Shown piece by piece: positions 1-9,534 of a stretch of DNA of 64,000 bases (position 1 is the stretch's first letter; every line of letters starts with the position of its first letter). The notes beneath the pieces were generated by a model. The model was not told where the DNA came from and searched no databases. It was given only the letters and a program-made list of their open reading frames with translations. Location: positions 7,649-71,648 of the forward strand of contig CAYYSY010000105.1 in NCBI GenBank assembly GCA_964474355.1, written 5' to 3'. Origin of the DNA: an uncultured Spirochaetaceae bacterium. Lineage in GTDB: Bacteria; Myxococcota_A; UBA9160; UBA4427. Both the position numbers and the translations under genes were made by a program.

Positions 1-4
1 TCGC

Positions 5-574
5 GTGAAGGACGCCGCCGCCGATCTCTCCCCCGACGGCGCCAACCGCGCGCAGCAGCTCGGCTGGCGCTGGCAGGAGCTGCCGGTGCCCGTCATCGCG
101 GCCGTGCAGGGCGCGGCCTATGGCGGGGGGTTCCACGTCGCCCTCGGCGCCGACATCCGCTTCATCGCTCCCGACGCGCGCATCGCATTCGTCGAGATCA
201 CGTGGGGGCTCGTGCCCGATCTCTCGGGCACCCAGGCGCTGCGCCGGCTCGTCCCACTCGACGTCGCGAAGAAGCTGATCTTCAGCGGTGAGCCGATCTC
301 GGGCGCGGAGGCAGTCGCGCTGCATCTCGGCACCGAGCTCTCGGACGATCCCCTCGCGTCGGCGTTCGAGCTCGCGCGCACGATCGCGAAGCGCAGCCCC
401 GACGCGATTCGCGAGGCGAAGCGGCTGCTGAATGCTTCGGGTCTGGTCTCGGTGCGTGAGGGCCTCGCCAACGAGTTCGCTGCCTCGGCGCGCCTCATGG
501 GCGGCGCGAACCAGATCGAGGCGGTGGTGGCGAAGATGCAGAAGCGCGAGCCGAGCTTCGGCCCCGCAGCGTGA
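5..574 (+). CDS. Enoyl-CoA hydratase/isomerase (crotonase) family protein, 5'-truncated by the window edge
   Basis: VIAAVQGAAYGGGFHVALGADIR and EITWGLVPD crotonase motifs; reading frame is open to the window start. Confidence 0.9.
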   Translation: MKDAAADLSPDGANRAQQLGWRWQELPVPVIAAVQGAAYGGGFHVALGADIRFIAPDARIAFVEITWGLVPDLSGTQALRRLVPLDVAKKLIFSGEPISGAEAVALHLGTELSDDPLASAFELARTIAKRSPDAIREAKRLLNASGLVSVREGLANEFAASARLMGGANQIEAVVAKMQKREPSFGPAA

Positions 575-646
575 AGAATGCACCATGCACGCCGATCGGG
601 AGGAACGGTGCCCCCCGATCGCACCATCCGATCGGGAGGGCCCGCG

Positions 647-2278
647 ATGTCTCGCCAGAACACGCTCCTCACATCGCTGGTCTTCGCCGCCGCCATCGCA
701 TCGATCTTCGCTGCGCCGGCCTTCGCTGCACCGAAGCGCCCCAACATCGTCATCTTCGTCGCCGACGACCTCGGCTGGGCCGACGTCGGCTACCACGGTG
801 AAGAGACGATCGAGACGCCCTCGCTCGACCGGCTGGCGAGAGAGGGCGTACAGCTCGACCGCTTCTACACGACGCCGATCTGCTCGCCCACGCGCGCAGC
901 ACTCATGACGGGCCGCGACCCGATCCGTCTCGGCGTCGTCTACGGCGTCATCATGCCCTGGCACACGAACGGCATCCATCCGGCCGAGCGCTTCATGCCC
1001 GAGAGCTTCCGCGACGCCGGTTATCAGACGGCGATGGTCGGCAAGTGGCATCTCGGCCACGCGCAGATGACCTATCACCCGAACCAGCGCGGCTTCGAGC
1101 ACTTCTACGGCCATCTCCATACCGAGGTCGGCTACTTCCCGCCCTTCGCGAACCAGGGCGGCAAGGACTTCCAGCGAAACGGCGAGTCGATCGACGACGA
1201 GGGCTATGAGACGTTCCTGCTCGCCGACGAGGCGTCGAGGGTCATTCGCGAGCGCGACCCCGACAAGCCCTTCTTCCTCTACGTCCCGTTCATCGCGCCG
1301 CACACGCCCCTCGATGCGCCCGACGACCTCAAGGCGAAGTACGCCGACATGGGAGACGACCGCAAGCCCGCGCGCAGCCGCAACACCGACACGACTCGGC
1401 GAATGTCCAAGCTGATGCTGCAGCCGAGCGCGCGGCCGATGTACGCGGCGGTCGTCGACGCCATGGATCAGGCCGTTGGCCGCGTGCTCGACACGCTCGA
1501 CGAGCAGGGCCTCGCCGAGAACACGATCGTGCTCTTCTTCAGTGATAACGGCGGTGCAGCCTACGCCATGGGCGGCGCCGACAACGTGCCGCTCCGTGGC
1601 GGCAAGGGCGAGGCGTTCGAGGGCGGCGTCCGCGTCGTGTCGGTGATGCGCTGGCCCGCCGCGATCGAGGCCGGCACCAAGTTCGAGAGCATCATGTCGG
1701 TGATGGACGTGTTCCCCACACTCGCCGCCGCGGCCGGCGTCGACCCCAGGCCGAACTTCGAGCTCGACGGCCACGACCTGTGGCCCGCGATCCGCGACGG
1801 CAAGCCCGCCCCGCGCGACGAGTACCTGTTCTTCGCGTCGGAGACGCCGATCCGCAACCGCTTCAGCATCACCGCCTTCGACGACGAGTGGAAGCTCGTG
1901 CAGCAGATCGATCAGGGCCTGCTGTCGGCGGCCGTCGAGAACCATCTCTTCCGCATCGCCGACGACCCGAACGAGCACAACAATCTGGCCGAGAAGCACG
2001 CGAAGGTCGTGCAGAAGATGGCGGACGCGATCCACCACTGGCGCACGATGTATCCGGTGCAGGGCACGCGAAACGGGCTGATTCCGCCGCCGGGCTGGCG
2101 CGCGCCGAAGGACTGGGTGGACTACCCGATTCCGCTCGAGGACCTGCAGGACGAGCCCGCACGGGGCATGCCGCCGCCGTTCGCGATCCGCCCCCTCGAC
2201 TGGCAGCACGGCGAAGCCGGCCGGCTGATCTACGATTGCGATCCCGTCGAGTGGCTCGGCGGTGGGCTCTGCAAGTAG
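647..2278 (+). CDS. Secreted arylsulfatase (formylglycine-dependent sulfatase)
   Basis: Signal-peptide-like N-terminus from ATG 647 (MSRQNTLL..AFA); PNIVIFVADDLG; CSPTRAALMTG (CxPxR); GKWHLG; SDNGG. Confidence 0.95.
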   Translation: MSRQNTLLTSLVFAAAIASIFAAPAFAAPKRPNIVIFVADDLGWADVGYHGEETIETPSLDRLAREGVQLDRFYTTPICSPTRAALMTGRDPIRLGVVYGVIMPWHTNGIHPAERFMPESFRDAGYQTAMVGKWHLGHAQMTYHPNQRGFEHFYGHLHTEVGYFPPFANQGGKDFQRNGESIDDEGYETFLLADEASRVIRERDPDKPFFLYVPFIAPHTPLDAPDDLKAKYADMGDDRKPARSRNTDTTRRMSKLMLQPSARPMYAAVVDAMDQAVGRVLDTLDEQGLAENTIVLFFSDNGGAAYAMGGADNVPLRGGKGEAFEGGVRVVSVMRWPAAIEAGTKFESIMSVMDVFPTLAAAAGVDPRPNFELDGHDLWPAIRDGKPAPRDEYLFFASETPIRNRFSITAFDDEWKLVQQIDQGLLSAAVENHLFRIADDPNEHNNLAEKHAKVVQKMADAIHHWRTMYPVQGTRNGLIPPPGWRAPKDWVDYPIPLEDLQDEPARGMPPPFAIRPLDWQHGEAGRLIYDCDPVEWLGGGLCK

Positions 2279-2323
2279 ACCGCGGAGCCCGAATCGAGCG
2301 GGCCACGCACGGAGCACGAGCCC

Positions 2324-3094
2324 ATGGCGTCCTTGCAGCAGTCGACCAGTGAAGACGGCGTTCGCACCCTCACCCTCGATCGGCCCGAGCGAAAGAACGC
2401 GATCGACCTGCAGCTCGCCGCGGAGCTGACCGACGCGCTGCGCGCCGCCGAGGCCGACGACGCCGTGCGCGCGTTGGTGGTGACGGGCGCCGGTCGGACC
2501 TTCAGCGCTGGCGGCGACCTCGGCGGCGGAGGCGACCGGGGCCACATGATGTCGATCATGCGCCGCATCACCGCGCCCGCGCTCACCCTGCACCACTTCT
2601 CGAAGCCGACGATCGCGAAGGTCGACGGCACCGCCGCCGGCGCGGGCTGGAACCTCGCGCTCGGCTGCGACCTCGTCGTGGCCAGCGACCGCGCGCGCTT
2701 CTGTCAGATCTTCGCGCGCCGCGCCCTGTCGGTGGACTACGGCGGCACCTGGCTGCTGCCTCGGCTCGTCGGGCTGCACAAGGCGAAGGAGCTCGCGCTA
2801 CTCGCAGACTTCGTCCCGGCCGCTGAAGCCGAGCGCCTCGGCCTCGTGAATCACGTCGTGCCCGCCGCCGAGCTCGACGCATTCGTCGACGACTGGGCCA
2901 GCCGCCTCGCGGCCGGGCCACCCATTGCCCTCGCGCTCACGAAGCGCATGCTCACCGACGCATCGACCCGCACCTTCGACGAGGCGCTCGAGAGCGAGGC
3001 CGTGTCGCAATCGGTCAACATCGGCACCGAGGACACGCGCGAGGGCCTGAAGGCCTTCTTCCAGAAGCGCCCGCCGGTCTTCAAGGGGCGCTGA
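2324..3094 (+). CDS. Enoyl-CoA hydratase/isomerase family protein
   Basis: LTLDRPERKNA, FSAGGDL, IAKVDGTAAGAGWNLALGCD, C-terminal FFQKRPPVFKGR. Confidence 0.92.
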   Translation: MASLQQSTSEDGVRTLTLDRPERKNAIDLQLAAELTDALRAAEADDAVRALVVTGAGRTFSAGGDLGGGGDRGHMMSIMRRITAPALTLHHFSKPTIAKVDGTAAGAGWNLALGCDLVVASDRARFCQIFARRALSVDYGGTWLLPRLVGLHKAKELALLADFVPAAEAERLGLVNHVVPAAELDAFVDDWASRLAAGPPIALALTKRMLTDASTRTFDEALESEAVSQSVNIGTEDTREGLKAFFQKRPPVFKGR

Positions 3095-3100
3095 CGCCGG

Positions 3101-3168
3101 GGCTCAGCCCATGCTCACCGGGTTGCTCAGCCGGTTGCTCAGCCGTCTACTCAGCCGTCTACTCAGCC
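3101..3168. repeat. Degenerate 12-bp tandem repeat containing the stop codon of the OmpA/MotB gene
   Basis: ggttgctcagcc x2 (3121-3144) then gtctactcagcc x2 (3145-3168); looser copies at 3101 and 3111; minus-strand TGA at 3163, 3151, 3139, 3127, 3115 and 3104. Confidence 0.85.
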
Positions 3169-3819
3169 CCGCGGCACGACCCGCAGGATGATCTCGGTCC
3201 GTCTGTTCCGCGCGCGATTCTCGGGCGAGTCATTGGGCACGAGCGGCGCGAAGGGCCCGCGCGAGACGGCGCGCAGCCGCGCCGAATCGACACCGTGCTC
3301 TGACAGCACGCGCACGACCAGCGCCGCCCGGGCGCCCGCCAGCTCCCAGTTCGTCGGGTAGCGGGCCCTGAGACTCGGACCGACTCGCACGTCGTCGGTG
3401 TGGCCCTCGACGAAGATGATCGCGTCTTCGTCCGCGATCTGCTTGGCCACCCGCGCGATCAGGGCCGTTCCATCATCGCCGAGTGAGGTGGCGCCCGACG
3501 AGAAGAGCAGCTCGTCCGACACGCCGAGCCGGATGCCGTCGACGACCTCCTGGATCGTGATCTGGCCAGCCTCGACCTCCGACTGAAGCTCGCGCACGAG
3601 CTCGCCATAGGTGTTCTTCATCTTCTCGTTCTCGGCGCGCACGCTGTCGAGCTCGTTCGTGAGAACGGCCTGCTCCTCGGCGAGCGCGTCGCGCTCTACG
3701 GCCAAGGCATCGCGCTCCTTCTCGAGCTCTCCGTACTTGCCCGACGAGACGCAGCCAGTCAGGGCGAGCACGCCCGCGATTGCGGCGATGAGAGATGTAG
3801 TGATGTTCCGAGCGTTCAT
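3163..3819 (-). CDS. OmpA/MotB-family peptidoglycan-binding lipoprotein with coiled-coil linker
   Basis: Lipobox LTGC, heptad-like EKERDALAVERDALAEEQ segment, VEGHTDD, NWELAGARA, RNRRTEI. Confidence 0.85.
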   Translation of the reverse strand: MNARNITTSLIAAIAGVLALTGCVSSGKYGELEKERDALAVERDALAEEQAVLTNELDSVRAENEKMKNTYGELVRELQSEVEAGQITIQEVVDGIRLGVSDELLFSSGATSLGDDGTALIARVAKQIADEDAIIFVEGHTDDVRVGPSLRARYPTNWELAGARAALVVRVLSEHGVDSARLRAVSRGPFAPLVPNDSPENRARNRRTEIILRVVPRG

Positions 3820-4089
3820 GAGGACCTCCTGATCGATGCGACTTCGCGGTCACCCGTAGGCGCCGCGCCAACGGGGACGATGCCAGCCGATGGCCATAAC
3901 GCAATGCCCATCCTGCGGTGCAACGACGAGAGGCGCCTTCGGGTGGCTGACACGCGCCGAGTGTCGGGTGGATCGGCATCTGCCCCTGTGACGGCGGCCA
4001 CCACCTTCTCGAGTGAGGGAATTTTGCGGCGGTGAGCCGCCCCGGGGTCGCGGCCCCCCGCGCTAGACTCGCCTGCCTCCGGAGGCCCC

Positions 4090-5295
4090 ATGAACGATCC
4101 CGTCCAGCACTGCTTCTCCGAGGCCCGGATCCGCGGGCTGACCCTGCGCAACCGGCTCATCAAGGCCGCCACGTCGATGGGCATGAGCGAGAACGGCATT
4201 CCGAGCCCGCAGCTCATGCGGGTCCACGAGCGCATGGGCGAAGGCGGTGTCGGCATGACGACACTCGCGTACTGCGCCGCCGAAAACGATGGCCGCCTGC
4301 ACGAGCACATGCTCTACATGCACGAGGGCATCCGCCGCGAGCTCGAAGAGCTGATCGGCCGCGTACACGCGACCGGCGCCGCCGTCGCCGGGCAGCTGGG
4401 TCATGCAGGCGCGTTCTCGAAGAACAAGAAGCTCGAGGGGCGGCGGCCCCTGGGTCCGAGCCGCGGCATCAACAGCCTCGGCATTGCCGCCGGCATGCCC
4501 TTCGCGGGCGCGCTGACGATCCCGCAGATTCGCGACCGCGTGCGGGTCTTCGCCGACGCCGCGGGCTTCATGAAGAGCGTCGGCTTCGACGCGATCGAGA
4601 TCCACTTCGGACACGGCTACGGCATCAGCCAGTTCATCAGCCCGCGCACCAACAAGCGCAAGGACGCCTACGGCGGCACACTCGAGAATCGCATGCGCTT
4701 CCCCCTCGAGATCCTCGAGGCCGTGCGCGCCGCAGTCGGCGACGACTATCCGCTGCTCGGCAAGATCAGCATGCACGACGGCGTCAGCGGTGGCGTCGGG
4801 TGGGACGACTCGGTCGAGATCGCAGCGATGCTCGAGAAGGGCTCGCTCGACGTCGTGATCTGCAGCGGTGGCACGAGCAGCATGAACCCGATGATGCTCT
4901 TCCGCGGTGACTCGATGCTCGACGGCATGCTCGAGAACGAGAAGAGCCCGTTCATGCGGATGGGGCTCAAGCTCGCGGGCCCCAGGCTCTTCCGCGACTA
5001 CCCGTACGAGGAGATGTTCTTCCTCGACCAGGCGCGCCGCATCCGCGAACGCGTGCAGTGCGGCGTCTGCTACATCGGCGGAGTCTGCACGACCGAGAGC
5101 ATCCGAACCGTGATGGGAGAAGGCTTCGACTTCATCCAGCTCGGGCGAAGCCTGATCTACGACCCCGACTTCCCGAAGCACGCTCAGGCCGACCCGGGTC
5201 ACGCAAGCGGCTGCAACCACTGCAATCGCTGCGCGACGCTGATCGAGGTGCCCGGCGGCGTGCACTGCGTCGAGCGGCCCGACAGCCTGACGTAG
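4090..5295 (+). CDS. NADH:flavin oxidoreductase (old yellow enzyme family)
   Basis: LRNRLIKAAT, QLGHAG, GFDAIEIHFGHGYGISQFISP, YGGTLENRMRF, C-terminal CNHCNRC. Confidence 0.9.
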   Translation: MNDPVQHCFSEARIRGLTLRNRLIKAATSMGMSENGIPSPQLMRVHERMGEGGVGMTTLAYCAAENDGRLHEHMLYMHEGIRRELEELIGRVHATGAAVAGQLGHAGAFSKNKKLEGRRPLGPSRGINSLGIAAGMPFAGALTIPQIRDRVRVFADAAGFMKSVGFDAIEIHFGHGYGISQFISPRTNKRKDAYGGTLENRMRFPLEILEAVRAAVGDDYPLLGKISMHDGVSGGVGWDDSVEIAAMLEKGSLDVVICSGGTSSMNPMMLFRGDSMLDGMLENEKSPFMRMGLKLAGPRLFRDYPYEEMFFLDQARRIRERVQCGVCYIGGVCTTESIRTVMGEGFDFIQLGRSLIYDPDFPKHAQADPGHASGCNHCNRCATLIEVPGGVHCVERPDSLT

Positions 5296-5313
5296 AGGCC
5301 CGCCCGGGCTCTC

Positions 5314-6198
5314 TCAAGCGTCCTCGGCCACGCGTCGGAGCGTGCGCTCACCGATCTCGGCGTGGGCCGGGTGATCGACGATCCCGGTGTCGACGAGCAC
5401 GGTGCCGAAGAACACGGCCCATCCTCGCGCCCGCGCGAGCGTCGCCTCGCTCGTCGGCCCGCAGGCCGCGATCACCCGCTCCCGGGCCGGGCGCTCATCG
5501 AAGAGCATCCAGATCGACGCGAGATCGGTCGCGCGGTCGCCGGCCGCGACATCGCCCCAGTCGATGATCGCGCTGAGCCGCCCCGCGTCGACGAGGATGT
5601 TGCGCGGGTGCAGATCGCCGTGCAGCCACGTGTCGCCGACGTCCATGGGCGCGGCGAGCGCATCGGCCCAGACCCGTCGAATGCGGACGTCGACGCAATC
5701 GGTCATGACCTCGAGGCGATCGAGGCGCTCTTCGACGGCGTCGCGCCTCACCTCGAGCGGCACGCCGCGCACCGGGTTCCTCGGCGCGCTCGCAGGTGCC
5801 GCGACGTGGAGCGCCGCGAGGAACGCACCGAGCCGGTCGGCCTCGGCCTCCACCGGTGGCTCGACGTTCGCGGTCGCCCCCTCGAACCACGGGACCACGC
5901 TCCATGCGTACGGATAGTCGAGGTCGGCCGAGCCGACTCGCACGGGCGCGGGGACGTCGATCGGAAGCCCCGGCGCGAGCTCGGGCAGCCAGCGCTGCTC
6001 GTGCAGGATCAGCTGTGCGGCGGCATCGCGGCGGGGCAGGCGCAGCGCGAGCGACCCGCCCAGCCTGAAGGTGGCGTTGTCCCAGCCCTCGCCAGCGAGC
6101 GTGAGAGGCTCGCCGGCCAGGTCCGGGTGCTGGCGCTCGAGCAGCGACCGGACGAGCTCCGGCTCGATTGCGACCTCCGCAGACGGCGTCCCGCTCAT
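5314..6198 (-). CDS. Aminoglycoside phosphotransferase/kinase-like protein
   Basis: GEGWDNATFRLG, WLHGDLHPRN (Brenner motif), IIDWGD. Confidence 0.85.
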   Translation of the reverse strand: MSGTPSAEVAIEPELVRSLLERQHPDLAGEPLTLAGEGWDNATFRLGGSLALRLPRRDAAAQLILHEQRWLPELAPGLPIDVPAPVRVGSADLDYPYAWSVVPWFEGATANVEPPVEAEADRLGAFLAALHVAAPASAPRNPVRGVPLEVRRDAVEERLDRLEVMTDCVDVRIRRVWADALAAPMDVGDTWLHGDLHPRNILVDAGRLSAIIDWGDVAAGDRATDLASIWMLFDERPARERVIAACGPTSEATLARARGWAVFFGTVLVDTGIVDHPAHAEIGERTLRRVAEDA

Positions 6199-6252
6199 CG
6201 TGTCCTGCCTCCCGTCGAGTCCCCGGCCCTCCGCGACCGAGACGAGCCGTCA

Positions 6253-7044
6253 TCAGCGGCCGGTGTAGCGCGGCGGCCGCTTCTCCATGAACGATCGGAC
6301 GCCCTCGACGAAGTCCTCGGAGCGCTGAGCCAGCAGGAACTGGTCGCGATCGAGGGCCGAGACCGCCTGATTGAGCGCCTTCGCGGCGACGTCGACACCC
6401 GCCTTGCACATGCGGAGCTGCACGGGCGGGAGCGACGCCGCACGATCGGCGAAGGCGCGCGCCACCTCGAGCGCGTGGCCCGACTCGGCCACGGCGTCGG
6501 CGAGCCCCCAGCCCTCGGCCGTCGCCGCGTCGATCTTCTCGGCAAGCGCGACGACCCGCTTCGTGCGCGAGGGACCGATCAGGTTCACGAAGCGCGGGAT
6601 CGATCCCCAGCTCATGTTCATGCCCCGCTCGATCTCGGGCACGTAGAGCCGCGCGTCCTGCGCCATCACCCGCAGATCGCAGCTCACGGCGAGCGCCGCG
6701 CCACCGCCCACGCACCAGCCTTCGATCGCGACGATGGTCATCGGCTCGATGGCCTCCCACGCATTGCAGAGCCGCGGCCCCCGGCTCTGCAGCATGCGCT
6801 GCGCGGCGAGGCCCGACTCGAGCAGATCGGCGTTGCTTCGATCGCGCAGGTCGAAGCCGAGCGAGAAGACCGAGTCGGTGCCTGTCAGCACGACGGCGCT
6901 CGTCTCGACGTCGTCCTCGAAGCTGCGAGCGACGTCGGTCAGCTCGCGCATGAGCGCGTCGGAGAGTGCGTTCACGCCATCGCCACGATCGATGCGCACG
7001 GTGACGACGCGACCCTCGCGCTCGACGGTCACTGATTCGGACAT
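6253..7044 (-). CDS. Enoyl-CoA hydratase/isomerase family protein
   Basis: FSLGFDL, IVAIEGWCVGGGAALAVSCDLR, FMEKRPPRYTGR. Confidence 0.9.
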   Translation of the reverse strand: MSESVTVEREGRVVTVRIDRGDGVNALSDALMRELTDVARSFEDDVETSAVVLTGTDSVFSLGFDLRDRSNADLLESGLAAQRMLQSRGPRLCNAWEAIEPMTIVAIEGWCVGGGAALAVSCDLRVMAQDARLYVPEIERGMNMSWGSIPRFVNLIGPSRTKRVVALAEKIDAATAEGWGLADAVAESGHALEVARAFADRAASLPPVQLRMCKAGVDVAAKALNQAVSALDRDQFLLAQRSEDFVEGVRSFMEKRPPRYTGR

Positions 7045-7058
7045 GGGACTCCTTCCGA

Positions 7059-7223
7059 GTGGGTGCGCGGCGTCAATCGGCCGCGAGCGATCTCGCGAGA
7101 TGGATGCGCGGCGTCCAGTCGGCCACGATCGGTCTCACGAGGTGGGTGCGCGGCGTCAGTCGGCCGCGAGCGATCTCACGAGGTGGGTGCGCGGCATCAG
7201 TCGGCCGCGAGCGATCTCACGAG
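7059..7223. repeat. Four tandem 41/42-bp repeats, each containing the last 27 nt of the NSS transporter gene
   Basis: Units 7059-7099, 7100-7141, 7142-7182, 7183-7223; consensus gtgggtgcgcggcgtcagtcggccgcgagcgatctcacgag; the reverse complement of the last 27 nt encodes LVRSLAAD-stop. Confidence 0.95.
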
Positions 7224-8555
7224 ATCGAGCGTATCGCCGATCGTGAACCACAGGATCGCCACGAGGATCAGCGGCACGACGAAGCGCAGCAGCACCTGCC
7301 AGCCGAAGAGCAGGGGTCCGAGCTTCGAGCCAGCCTCGGCCTCGTCGAGCGCACCCGGCATGAACCAGCCGACGAAGACCGAGAGCAGCAGTCCGCCGAG
7401 GATCAGCAGCAGGTTCCCACCGATCTGGTCCATCAGGCCGAGCACGTCGAGGGAGAACGCAGCGGGCACGCCGAGCAGGGCGATGGCCGAGCCACAGACG
7501 AGCGCGGCGGTGCGCCGGCTGGTGCCGAACGAGTCGATCGTGGACGCGACGACGACCTCGAGCAGCGAGATCGCGCTCGTGAGGCCACCGACGAGCAGCG
7601 CGAAGAAGAAGGCGGTGCCGACGAAGGTGCCGACGCCGCCCATCTCGGCGAACGCCTTGGGCAGCGTGATGAAGAGCGCGCCCAGCGTGCTCGCGCCGAC
7701 GTCCTCTTGCAGACCGAGCGCGAAGAGCAGCGGAAAGACCACGAGCCCGGCGATGAACGCCACGCCGAAGTCCGAGATCGCGATCGTGATCGACTCGGCT
7801 GGCAGGTCGGTGTTGCGGTCGAGATAGCTCGCGTAGGTGAGGATCGCGCCCATGCCGAGGCTCAGGCTGAAGAAGGCCTGGCCGGCCGCGTCCCGCAGCA
7901 CGTCCCTGTTCCAGATCGCACCGAAGTCGGGCTCGAAGTAGTAGGCATAGCCCTGGCTCGCGCCTGCGAGGGTCGCTGCGTAGAGCGCGAGGCCGATGAC
8001 GATCAGCGCCAGCAGCGGCATGAGCACGATCGACGCGCGCTCGATCCCCGAGCGGATGCCACCCGAGACGACGACCATCGTCACCGCCATGAAGGCGAGG
8101 TGCCAGCCGAGGGCCGGCCAGCCACTCGCGATGTGCTCGAAGTGCCCGCCGGCGTCGGCGGGGAAGCCTGAGACGAGTGACTCGAGCGCGTAGCGGAACG
8201 TCCAGCCCGCGATCACGCTGTAGTAGGCGAGGATCACGAAGCCCGCGAGCACGAAGAGCCCACCGAGCGGACGCCAGGCCGAGCCGCCGTAGTGGGCGAG
8301 GGCCTGCACCGGACTGCGCCCCGCGCCTCGTCCGAGCGTCAGCTCGGCGAGCATCACCGGCAGGCCGACCACCAGGGTCATGACGACGTAGAGCACGACG
8401 AAGGCGGCGCCACCGTTCTCGGCGGCCATGTACGAGAAGCGCCACATGTTGCCGAGCCCGACCGCCGAGCCGACGGCAGCAAGGGTGAAGCCGAGTCGGC
8501 CGGACCAGTGCTCGCGTGAGTTCTCCAATCCCGAATCCCCCTGGAGCGCGAGCAT
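7197..8555 (-). CDS. Sodium-dependent transporter, NSS/SNF family
   Basis: REHWSGRLGFTLAAVGSAVGLGNMWRF, GGAAF, GQAFFSLSLGMG; many hydrophobic segments. Confidence 0.92.
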   Translation of the reverse strand: MLALQGDSGLENSREHWSGRLGFTLAAVGSAVGLGNMWRFSYMAAENGGAAFVVLYVVMTLVVGLPVMLAELTLGRGAGRSPVQALAHYGGSAWRPLGGLFVLAGFVILAYYSVIAGWTFRYALESLVSGFPADAGGHFEHIASGWPALGWHLAFMAVTMVVVSGGIRSGIERASIVLMPLLALIVIGLALYAATLAGASQGYAYYFEPDFGAIWNRDVLRDAAGQAFFSLSLGMGAILTYASYLDRNTDLPAESITIAISDFGVAFIAGLVVFPLLFALGLQEDVGASTLGALFITLPKAFAEMGGVGTFVGTAFFFALLVGGLTSAISLLEVVVASTIDSFGTSRRTAALVCGSAIALLGVPAAFSLDVLGLMDQIGGNLLLILGGLLLSVFVGWFMPGALDEAEAGSKLGPLLFGWQVLLRFVVPLILVAILWFTIGDTLDLVRSLAAD

Positions 8556-8655
8556 ACCCTCCGGATGAAGACGCAGAAACGGTCGTCATCACTTCCACGG
8601 GGCTAGACTCGGGCCTCTCTCCCCCCGGCGAGACGGGCGGACCGAAGGAGCCTCG

Positions 8656-9525
8656 ATGAAGGACTTCCACGACGAGGTCGCCGTCGTCACCGGTGCTGCG
8701 AGCGGGATCGGGCTCGGCGTGACCGAGCGACTTCTCGCCGAGGGCATGAAGGTCGTGATGGCGGACCTCGAGCAGGAGACGCTCGAAGGCGAGATCGCGC
8801 GCCTCTCTGCGGCGGGGGGCGATGTCCTCGGGGTTCGCTGCGACGTGCGCGATGCCGGCGAGGTCACGGGCCTCGCCGAGAAGACCCTCTCACACTACGG
8901 CGGCGTACACGTCGTGATGAACAATGCCGGCGTGGCGCCGATCGGCCCGATGCTCGAGACCACCGCCGAGGACTGGCGCTGGGTAGTCGACGTGAACCTG
9001 ATGGGGGTGGTGCACGGCGTACTGGCCTTCGGCCCGATCCTGAAGGAGGCCGGGACGGGGCACATCGTCAACACGGCTTCCGAGGCGGGGCTCGTGACGA
9101 ACCCGATCCTCGGCATGTACTGCGCGTCGAAGCACGCCGTCGTCGGACTGAGCGAGTCGCTCTACCGCGAGCTCGAGGGCAGCGGCGTCGGCGTGCACAT
9201 CCTCTGCCCGAACCTCGTCAAGACGAAGATCTTCCACTCGGAGCGAAACCGCGAGGACGCCCCGGACATGACGCCTTCGCAGACGGCCTTCACCGGATCT
9301 CTCCGCGAGACCCTCGACGCCATGGGCATCACCACCGAGAAGGTCGCCGGCGACGTGGTCGACGCCATGCGGCACGACCGCTTCTGGATCTTCACCCACG
9401 AGTTCACCGTGAGCTGCGCCAGCAAGCGCTACGCCGACATCAACAAGGGCGAGAACCCGAGCGACCCCTACGCTCAGGTCGAAGCGTTCGGAGAGCTCGA
9501 AGGCAGCTTCGGTCCCGCCGACTGA
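8656..9525 (+). CDS. Short-chain dehydrogenase/reductase
   Basis: TGAASGIG, NNAGV, NTAS, YCASK (YxxxK). Confidence 0.92.
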   Translation: MKDFHDEVAVVTGAASGIGLGVTERLLAEGMKVVMADLEQETLEGEIARLSAAGGDVLGVRCDVRDAGEVTGLAEKTLSHYGGVHVVMNNAGVAPIGPMLETTAEDWRWVVDVNLMGVVHGVLAFGPILKEAGTGHIVNTASEAGLVTNPILGMYCASKHAVVGLSESLYRELEGSGVGVHILCPNLVKTKIFHSERNREDAPDMTPSQTAFTGSLRETLDAMGITTEKVAGDVVDAMRHDRFWIFTHEFTVSCASKRYADINKGENPSDPYAQVEAFGELEGSFGPAD

Positions 9526-9534
9526 CGCGAAGAC

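Noticed and set aside
592-637. Three copies of palindromic ccgatcg(g) forming a short hairpin before the sulfatase
   Set aside because: Short, and the core is very common in this genome; may be regulatory but is unsupported
3163-3819. Flagellar motor MotB
   Set aside because: No motA neighbour, and it has a lipobox rather than the MotB TM with the conserved Asp; kept as a generic OmpA/MotB-domain lipoprotein
5314-6198. Antibiotic-resistance interpretation of the APH-like gene (and of the beta-lactamase-like gene at 60969-62192)
   Set aside because: Both belong to broad kinase and esterase superfamilies; motifs alone do not show resistance and there is no mobile context
7059-7223. Possible CRISPR array
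   Set aside because: Head-to-tail tandem units with no unique spacers
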